Shown here piece after piece: positions 57,054 through 64,000 of a stretch of DNA of 64,000 bases (the stretch's first letter is position 1; the number at the start of each line of letters is the position of its first letter). The notes under the pieces were generated by a model, which saw only the letters and a list, made by a program, of their open reading frames with translations, was not told the origin of the DNA and ran no database searches. Position numbers and translations under genes: made by a program. Origin of the DNA: an uncultured bacterium (lineage in GTDB: Bacteria; Zixibacteria; MSB-5A5; UBA10806); NCBI GenBank assembly GCA_965541585.1, contig CBEUCH010000002.1:136280-200279 (forward strand), given 5' to 3'.

Positions 57054-57815
57054 TCAGATCTCTGTTTTCACAAAAATATCGCCATAAATAAATCCTTTCC
57101 ATGATGAAATCTTATTAGGGAATAAGTCTAGAAATTCTTCTTTAGCCATCCAGTCGTGACATGCAAACACGAGATTCTCTGCCGGTGTAATATTAATCAG
57201 CAGCCTCCCGAAATTTGACAGATAATCGATACAAGCAATCGTTTTCGCAACATCACCTTTTTTGCTAAGATGATACTCAAGCGAAATATGTGTAATTGGC
57301 TGGCTTAGCCCTCTGAGAACTTCAAATTCAAATCCTTCCACATCAATCTTAATGTACAAAGGCTTACCATATTTTACTATCATCTCATCTAAAGTAACAA
57401 TAGAAGCTTCAATGGTTGACTCAATTCCAACGTTCCAGTCTTCAAGGAAACCAGATTCCCCTCTATCTGCGCGTACATGAAACACACGTTTTTCAGTTTT
57501 AGAGCCCAAAGCTAGTTCCGATATATTTAGATTTCTATTGTTCCCACATCGCGCTTTTAGTTCCTTTCTACAATCTGGTTGTGGCTCAAATGCAATAACC
57601 TTTGCGTCCAACTCTAGAAATATTCTTGTTTTCTCCCCGTAGTTTGCTCCAACGTCGAAAACAAGATCGCCCTTCATTATGAGGTTAGAGTAAAAGGCCA
57701 GATCTTTCTTCTCTCGGCGCAATTCTTCTCTATGCAAAAAATTCCGATTAAACCATCTTGCCTGCCGATACAAACCGAATCTACGCGAAATGTTCTTTAT
57801 AATTGTGTAGCTCAT
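57054..57815 (-). CDS. FkbM-family methyltransferase (integron-cassette gene)
   Basis: VFDVGANYG, IAFEPQP, LALG, TLDE and IKIDVEGFE.EVL.GL. AT-rich, preceded by GTTAGGC at 57873-57867. Confidence 0.92.
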   Translation of the reverse strand: MSYTIIKNISRRFGLYRQARWFNRNFLHREELRREKKDLAFYSNLIMKGDLVFDVGANYGEKTRIFLELDAKVIAFEPQPDCRKELKARCGNNRNLNISELALGSKTEKRVFHVRADRGESGFLEDWNVGIESTIEASIVTLDEMIVKYGKPLYIKIDVEGFEFEVLRGLSQPITHISLEYHLSKKGDVAKTIACIDYLSNFGRLLINITPAENLVFACHDWMAKEEFLDLFPNKISSWKGFIYGDIFVKTEI

Positions 57816-58035
57816 CCGAAACTTTTCCTTTTACACTGCGGATGGTCAGCAAGATTGATTTGTTCAGCCTAACATAATATCATACAAATCGCCCTCATAT
57901 CAAGGTAGTCTACCCGATAGCAATGTCAACAAGAATCAAGGAAAAAGATAAAATCCTCACCGCGTATCAGCATCTTCTCTTTAAGTAGAAAAAAGACCTA
58001 TGTGCTTGTATGGTAAAATATACAGATTGTATGGA

Positions 58036-58998
58036 TTATAACCCCAGCGGCGGTTTTCTCAGATATTCCGTAGTTCGCCTTTTCTGATCGATATCGTGCC
58101 AGACACGCTCCACCTGTTCCACAGTCAAACCCATGACCCCGGCAACTTCTGAAGCCGGGAATCCACCCTCTTTGGCAAGCCATAGATGATCCATGATCGC
58201 AAACTCCAGGCCGAAAAAGAATTCCTCCTGGCTCACCTCGGATGGATAGGTCTCGGCGGATGGGATTCGTGATCGTATCTTCTCGGAGATATCGAGGTAT
58301 TCCGCCAGCTGGAAAATCTGAGTCTTATAGAAACCGACTATCGGTTTGAGATCGACGCCGCCATCGCCGTATTTGACGAAGAATCCCTGGTCGTATTCGT
58401 TTTTGTTGGCAGTACCGATCACGGCGTAGTTGCGGGATTCAGCGTGGTAATAAAGCGTCAACATCCTGATCCGCTGTTTCATGTTGGAGGCCGCCACAAT
58501 CTTGAGGAAGGGTTTCAATGGCAATCGCTTCTCCATTTTCTCACCATCCGGCGATTCCACTGCCAGCCGAAAAACATTGATTCTATCTGACTGGAGTATA
58601 TTGGATGGCAAAACTATTTTGGCTTTCCAGCCTTCCACCCATTCGGGGAATACCTGTCTGAAGCCGTCGTCGCGATTCTTATAACATCCTGCGGCCTTAA
58701 GCGGCTCGGTGACGTTATTGATTTCATATTCGAATCCCATTGTCCTGGCGAGATCGATAGCCAGTTCCGTCGATTCGGGTGAGTTATCCTGGTCGGGCAA
58801 GATGAGGCCTCTCACCTTTTCCGGGCCGAAAGCCTTTACACATAGCGCTGCTACCACGGAAGAGTCGACTCCCCCGGATATTCCCACAATTGCCCCGTGA
58901 CGTTTAAGCTGCTTAAAAACCTGGTGTTTTAGTTTCTCGATAATATCGCCGACTACTTTTTGGCAGTCGATCTTTATTAAATCCCTGGAAAACTTCAC
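58036..58998 (-). CDS. nadE: NAD(+) synthase-like ATP pyrophosphatase (NadE paralog of AsnB/ACP clusters)
   Basis: GISGGVDSSV, NMKQRIRM, VIGTANKNE, GFFVKYGDGG and YKTQIFQLA. The subfamily-type SQEEFFFG tail and the cluster context suggest it may not be the housekeeping NadE. Confidence 0.75.
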   Translation of the reverse strand: MKFSRDLIKIDCQKVVGDIIEKLKHQVFKQLKRHGAIVGISGGVDSSVVAALCVKAFGPEKVRGLILPDQDNSPESTELAIDLARTMGFEYEINNVTEPLKAAGCYKNRDDGFRQVFPEWVEGWKAKIVLPSNILQSDRINVFRLAVESPDGEKMEKRLPLKPFLKIVAASNMKQRIRMLTLYYHAESRNYAVIGTANKNEYDQGFFVKYGDGGVDLKPIVGFYKTQIFQLAEYLDISEKIRSRIPSAETYPSEVSQEEFFFGLEFAIMDHLWLAKEGGFPASEVAGVMGLTVEQVERVWHDIDQKRRTTEYLRKPPLGL

Positions 58999-59011
58999 GC
59001 CGACAATCCCA

Positions 59012-59260
59012 CTATTTAGATTGTTTCTTCTGAATGAATTTTACAAGATTGTTTATCGAATCGAGGTTCTCCGGGACGAGTTCCTCGTCCTCGATCTGGA
59101 TATGATAATTCTCCTCGAGAAAGCCTACGAGTTCCAAAACTCCCGTGGAATCGATTATCCCTTTATCCAAAAGGGAATCTGAATCGGTAAGCTCTTCCGG
59201 ATTCATGCCCAGCATGAAATTTTCGACAATGAAGTTTCTGATTTCCGCAGGTAGCGCCAA
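59012..59260 (-). CDS. Acyl carrier protein
   Basis: SLLDKGIIDSTGVLELV (phosphopantetheine Ser) and ELVPENLDSI. TTG start with AAGGAGG RBS. Confidence 0.92.
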   Translation of the reverse strand: MALPAEIRNFIVENFMLGMNPEELTDSDSLLDKGIIDSTGVLELVGFLEENYHIQIEDEELVPENLDSINNLVKFIQKKQSK

Positions 59261-59472
59261 GATTCCTCCTTAAAAGCCTCTTCGCCCCGATCTGATTTAT
59301 CGTTCTATTCGAATCCTGTTTCTACGCCGACGGCCTTAAGCGCTTCAACCGATCAGGTCGGATGGTCGGCAACACCCACATAGAATCGTCGACCCTAATT
59401 CGTCGTTCTTTATTAAGTATAAATAACGCTTTTGTAAATTTAAAAGATCCAATTCCCGAACGATTGGCCATA

Positions 59473-61476
59473 CTATATTCTATCATCCGGTGCCTCCACT
59501 GAGGAGTCGTGCCAGACTTTGAATGAGGCTCTGTCTAAATCTTCGGCGACCGGGAAATTGTCGATAAAACGGTCAATCAGAAGCTGTGTAGACATGATGC
59601 CGATAAACGACATGTTATCCTTGAAAGAGAGATGAGCATGATAAAGCCTGGCGCACTTAGCTTTCAGCCTGGCCACAAAGGCAGGGTTGAAGATCCCCGC
59701 TTTTTCCAGAGACGTCTCCGATAGCATCTCATCGATGTACGATGGAGAATCCGGTTGAAAGAAGCTGTTGGAGTCCGGGGCCATATAGGGTTGCTTGACC
59801 CGTTCGGTAATCTCAGGAGGCAGCTCTTCTCTCATGGCTTTCTTGAGAACCAGCTTTTCTTTCAGGCCGAGGATTTTGTGCCAGGGAGGGATGCTGGCTC
59901 CGAACTCGACGATCCGGTGATCCAGAAACGGAAATCGCCCCTCGACGGAGTTGGCGGCTGAGACTCTATCTCCTTGGGAGGAAAGCAGATACCCGGAAAG
60001 CAGGGAGCTGGCCTCCAGAAATTGAGCCCTTGAGAGATGATGCCATTTGAAAAAGTCCTCGGGGATATATCTCGCGTATGACTCAACGGAGTCGTAATCC
60101 CCTATTTGCGTTTTCACATCCTCAGTAAAATAATCCTTAACCTTGGTGGTCGTGTTTATCCTGGGAATATGAGAGAAATAAAACTTATCGGTTTCCGAAA
60201 GGCCGGCCTTGTAAAACGTCTCCAGGTAGAATCTGGCTCTCGCCGCTGAAAGAGGCAACGTTGGATACAGCCGTCGGAGAAGCGCCGGGCGCCAGGAAGA
60301 TTCGGGATTCTTTGCCCAGAATCTACGAATCAGCGTTTCCTTGAAAATGTCATATCCTGCGAGGATCTCATCGGAACCCTCGCCGGTCAGGACCACCTTG
60401 AAATTGTTTCGCCTGACCAGACCGGAGAGCATATAAAGCGGCGTGGGGGCGGTTCGCAGGATAGGGCGTTCCGTGTGCCAGATGACTTTCGGGAAATTTT
60501 CAGCTATGTCGTGATAGGTGCACTCTATTTGATGGTGGTTGGTACCCAGGAATTCCGACATCTGCTTTTGGTAGCCCGATTCATCGTAGGCCTTGTCATG
60601 AAAAGCGATGGAGAAGCTCTCGACTTTGGTGTCGGTGAAGTTTTTTATCAGGGCAGTGGTCGCCGACGAATCCAGCCCGCCGGAGAGGTAGGCCCCAACC
60701 GGAACATCCGCCCTCAACCGCAGCCTGACGGAATCCACCAACAAGGCATGAAGCTCCTCGGCCCAGGAATCGAGGCTTCTTTTATGGTCGAAGCTCTCGG
60801 GAAACTCCATCCGCCAATAGCGGTCGATGTTAACCTTGCCGTCTCTGATATCAATATATGAGCCCGCTTCCAATTCGTTGATGTTCTCAAAAGCAGTCCG
60901 CGGCGCCGCCGTTGTCCACCAGGTGAAAATCTCGTCCAACCCCGATAGATCCAGTCTCCTGGGAATCGAGCTATCACAGAAGATCGATTTTATCTCCGAG
61001 GCGAAATAGAAACGACCGTTATGAGTGGTGTAGAAAACCGGTCTGATTCCCAGTCTATCCCGGGCGATGAATAGAGACCTCGCCCGCTTATTATAGATGG
61101 CAAATGCGAATTGGCCGTTGAAATGGTTCATGCAGTCTCTGCCCCACTCCTCGTAGGCGTGGACGATCACCTCGGTATCCGATCGGGTCTTAAATTTATG
61201 CCCCGATTTTATCAGTTGAGCGCGCAGTTCTATATAGTTGAATATTTCACCGTTAAATGTAATCCAGACAGTGCCATCTTCGTTGCACAGAGGCTGCGAG
61301 CCTGTTTGTAGATCGATGATAGACAGGCGCGCCTGGCCTAAAACAGATTTATTATCGAGATAGACGCCGAATTCGTCGGGCCCCCGATGGCGGATAATAT
61401 TGACCATACGCCCGATAAGCTCTCTATCCGGAGGCGCTTCGCCCCGGAGCTGAAAATATCCCGCTATGCCGCACAT
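59473..61476 (-). CDS. asnB: Asparagine synthase (glutamine-hydrolysing)-family amidotransferase
   Basis: MCGIAG, HRGPD, RLSIID, FNGEIFN, SDTEV, RDRLGIRP, YLSGGLDSS, LTGEGSDE and RFPFLD. Confidence 0.93.
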   Translation of the reverse strand: MCGIAGYFQLRGEAPPDRELIGRMVNIIRHRGPDEFGVYLDNKSVLGQARLSIIDLQTGSQPLCNEDGTVWITFNGEIFNYIELRAQLIKSGHKFKTRSDTEVIVHAYEEWGRDCMNHFNGQFAFAIYNKRARSLFIARDRLGIRPVFYTTHNGRFYFASEIKSIFCDSSIPRRLDLSGLDEIFTWWTTAAPRTAFENINELEAGSYIDIRDGKVNIDRYWRMEFPESFDHKRSLDSWAEELHALLVDSVRLRLRADVPVGAYLSGGLDSSATTALIKNFTDTKVESFSIAFHDKAYDESGYQKQMSEFLGTNHHQIECTYHDIAENFPKVIWHTERPILRTAPTPLYMLSGLVRRNNFKVVLTGEGSDEILAGYDIFKETLIRRFWAKNPESSWRPALLRRLYPTLPLSAARARFYLETFYKAGLSETDKFYFSHIPRINTTTKVKDYFTEDVKTQIGDYDSVESYARYIPEDFFKWHHLSRAQFLEASSLLSGYLLSSQGDRVSAANSVEGRFPFLDHRIVEFGASIPPWHKILGLKEKLVLKKAMREELPPEITERVKQPYMAPDSNSFFQPDSPSYIDEMLSETSLEKAGIFNPAFVARLKAKCARLYHAHLSFKDNMSFIGIMSTQLLIDRFIDNFPVAEDLDRASFKVWHDSSVEAPDDRI

Positions 61477-61561
61477 AATATGGTTCTAAACCGCAACAGA
61501 AATGATCTCTGCTTCCTCCTTGATTATCGGGACCGAAAAGAACGATCGATGCGAATCCCGG

Positions 61562-63082
61562 CTATTTCTTCAATATCTTCCCGGATTCTGATTTTGGAAG
61601 GTTTGCAACCATTTCGATATATTTGGGCACCATCAAATCCTCGAGATTATCCCGGCAGTGATGAAAAATATCATCGATCGATATTTTTGATCCATCGCGG
61701 ACTACAACTTCGGCTTTGATGGCATTGCCCAGGATTTCATCCGGAACTGCAGTCACCCTGGCATCGACCACGTCCTCGATCTGATAAAGAACGTTCTCGA
61801 TTTCCTTCGGGGATACTCTTTCTCCACGGCTTTTTATAATATCGTCCATGCGCCCCATGAAATACAGAAATCCATCTTTATCGATTCTAAATAGATCGCC
61901 CGTATGAAGCGCTTTCTCCCAGGGGAATTTTCCCGGCTTGAGTACTTTCGCAGTGCCCTCCGGGTCGTTCCAGTAACCCCGCATGACATTCGATCCTCTG
62001 ACGACCAGCTCTCCCGTAGCATCGCGCTCCCGGATATTGCCTTTGTCGTCTATCACATAAACCTCGGTATTGGGCATGGCTATGCCGACCGAGTCCGGCT
62101 TCCTGTCGACCAGATCCGGAGGCAGGTACGAGACCCGCTTACATTCGGTCAGGCCGTACATGGAATATACTTTTGCACTGGGGAAAATTTTCTTGAGCCT
62201 GGGGAAATAGCTTGGCGGCAACGCCGCTCCTGTATTGCTTATATACCGGACACTTGTCAGATCCTTCTTTCCCAGACCCTCCATCTGCAGGAATATGGCC
62301 ATCATGGTCGGAACGCAGGGGAGTCCCGTGATCCGTCTGGCCTGGATTAATTTTATCAGCTTGAACGGATAGCCGAATTTCTTTTCCAGCACCACGGTGC
62401 CGGAGAAAAGAAATGACATCAGCACCTGATACAGGCCGTAATCGAAAGATAAGGGCAAGACGCAAAGGACTATATCGGAGGTCACATTCTCCAGATATTG
62501 CGTAATGGACTTAGCGGCGGTCACCATATTACGATGGGAGAGGGTTACGCCCTTGGGATCGCCGGTTGATCCCGAGGTGTAGATTATTGCCGCCAGATCG
62601 AGATCGATGATGCGGAGATCGGGGAGCTGCGAATCCTGTTCGATAACTTCATGGAAAGCAATGCCCGCCTGCGAGTCTTTATCTATGGTCAAGATGGGCG
62701 GAAGATCGATCTGTTTTTTAAGTTCATTGAGCATCTCGATTTTGGAATTATCGGTTACGATGAAGGCTGGAGAACAGTCTTTCAAGATATACGAGAATTT
62801 ATTGGACTTGATGGTCTGATTTACGACCGAGAAAGCTCCTCCGGCCAACAAGGTTCCGAAAATCGAGATGACTGTCTCCGGACTGTTTTCAAGGTAAGTT
62901 ATTACGCGATCGCCTTTTTTTATCCCGTTTTTAAGGAGAAAGGCAGCCAGGTTATGAGAATACCTGTCCAATTGGCTATAGGTGTAAGTATCGTCCCCGA
63001 AATACAGAGCGGTCTTATCCGGATACTCCCTCGCAGATTCCAACAGGAAATCACTTAGTAGATTAGCATTCATCTTTACCAT
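61562..63082 (-). CDS. AMP-dependent synthetase/ligase (acyl/aminoacyl-ACP ligase type)
   Basis: IIYTSGSTGDPKGV, LPLSFDYGLYQ, MYGLTECKR, TGDL, GRMDDIIK and LPKSESGKI. Confidence 0.92.
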   Translation of the reverse strand: MVKMNANLLSDFLLESAREYPDKTALYFGDDTYTYSQLDRYSHNLAAFLLKNGIKKGDRVITYLENSPETVISIFGTLLAGGAFSVVNQTIKSNKFSYILKDCSPAFIVTDNSKIEMLNELKKQIDLPPILTIDKDSQAGIAFHEVIEQDSQLPDLRIIDLDLAAIIYTSGSTGDPKGVTLSHRNMVTAAKSITQYLENVTSDIVLCVLPLSFDYGLYQVLMSFLFSGTVVLEKKFGYPFKLIKLIQARRITGLPCVPTMMAIFLQMEGLGKKDLTSVRYISNTGAALPPSYFPRLKKIFPSAKVYSMYGLTECKRVSYLPPDLVDRKPDSVGIAMPNTEVYVIDDKGNIRERDATGELVVRGSNVMRGYWNDPEGTAKVLKPGKFPWEKALHTGDLFRIDKDGFLYFMGRMDDIIKSRGERVSPKEIENVLYQIEDVVDARVTAVPDEILGNAIKAEVVVRDGSKISIDDIFHHCRDNLEDLMVPKYIEMVANLPKSESGKILKK

Positions 63083-63452
63083 CTTAAAAAGACAATAGCC
63101 TCCGCTCGAAAAAACATTCGGCAGCCAAAATAAACCAATCCGCAGTCAGTGTCAATTTCAAATTTCCCCCGACTATGCTGCCAATATATTCTTAATCGGG
63201 AAAAAATGACCGCCGCTTTATTCAGAATCGATGTAGATGAAGTCTTGCCTGCTGCTAAGTGGACTGGGAATCGAGGAGGACGACCAACCCTCGCCGATTA
63301 AAGGCACGGCAAATCTGCGGATTAAGGTTATCGATTCGTTAACCTCCCCCCAATATTCCGCTTTGTTTATTGCATCCCTGGCTATATAATAGGCATGTTT
63401 TTGCCGATTACTCTGGTGGAATATTTGCAGGGCGAGTTTTAAGGAGGTTTCG

Positions 63453-64000
63453 TTGAGATATCTGGTTACGGGCGGGGCCGGGTTTATCGGCTCCAATATA
63501 GTCAAAGGGCTGGTTGAAAGAGGATACCGGGTCAGGGTTCTGGATAACTTTGCCACGGGCCAGCGATCCAATATCGAACCCTACCTCAAGGATATCGAGC
63601 TTATAGAGGGAGACATACGCGACTTCTGGACGGTTGTTAAAGCCACCAAGGGTATCGACTATATCCTCCACCAGGCAGCCCTGCCATCGGTGCCGCGTTC
63701 GATCGACAACCCCCTGACCACCACCGAGGTGAATATCAACGGCACGTTGAATGTCCTCGAGGCGGCGCGGTTTAACGAGGTCCAGCGGATAGTCTACGCT
63801 TCCTCCTCGTCGGTATACGGCGATTCCCCCGAAATGCCGAAAAAGGAGGAGATGAAGCCGATGCCCAAATCTCCTTATGCCATAACCAAACTGGCCGGTG
63901 AGGAATATTGCATGAGTTTCCATAATCTTTACGGTCTGGAGACGGTAGCTCTGAGGTATTTCAACGTCTTCGGCCCCCGGCAAAATCCTTTTTCCCAGTA
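63453..64000 (+). CDS. NAD-dependent nucleotide-sugar 4-epimerase (WbpP/GalE-like SDR), runs off the right edge
   Basis: Not in the ORF track. TTG 63453 after AAGGAGG; YLVTGGAGFIGS, HQAALPSVPRSIDNP, ASSSSVYG, SPYAITK and LRYFNVFGPRQ. Confidence 0.92.
   Translation, partial: MRYLVTGGAGFIGSNIVKGLVERGYRVRVLDNFATGQRSNIEPYLKDIELIEGDIRDFWTVVKATKGIDYILHQAALPSVPRSIDNPLTTTEVNINGTLNVLEAARFNEVQRIVYASSSSVYGDSPEMPKKEEMKPMPKSPYAITKLAGEEYCMSFHNLYGLETVALRYFNVFGPRQNPFSQ

Noticed and set aside
63218-63983. Minus-strand ORFs 63218..63571 and 63408..63983
   Set aside because: Antisense to the plus-strand epimerase, which has a clear RBS and SDR motifs.

Overview
Bacterial chromosomal window, probably from an FCB-superphylum lineage such as candidate division Zixibacteria. 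This taxonomy is inferred from the many secreted proteins ending in a 'NYPNPFN...KMxLLK' T9SS type-A-like sorting domain, a dockerin-like tail, bshB1 and exosortase H. The first ~26 kb is a surface-protein district. It holds two C25 gingipain-family proteins, LVIVD and FG-GAP repeat propellers, an M14 carboxypeptidase, an orphan DUF6519 gene, and an exosortase H pair converging on an IPTL-CTERM substrate operon. The best candidate for an undescribed system lies here. A truncated Lnt-like polytopic membrane protein (13450-14136) ends ~40 residues after its last TM helix in an RAPP ribosome-arrest motif. The 11 nt right after the RAPP codons are complementary to the RBS and start codon of the downstream IPTL-CTERM gene, which is the layout of a SecM/MifM-type translational switch. 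The rest of the window has nadC-birA, a LIM/DA1-like metallopeptidase, an AT-rich higB-higA(ImmA)-frameshifted third gene module, bshB1, a MacAB-like pair without ATPase, a HEPN-motif gene and a GTAG-REP cluster. It also has a lipid-type cluster (radical SAM, CDP-alcohol transferase, HAD, B12 radical SAM) and a transglutaminase operon with a duplicated A-B cassette. Further on are an internally deleted E1-beta pseudogene before intact E2/E3, a solitary integron cassette (FkbM plus attC), and an AMP-ligase/AsnB/ACP/NadE-like cluster next to a sugar epimerase. No rRNA, tRNA or CRISPR array was recognised. All family assignments come from motif recognition by eye; no searches were run.
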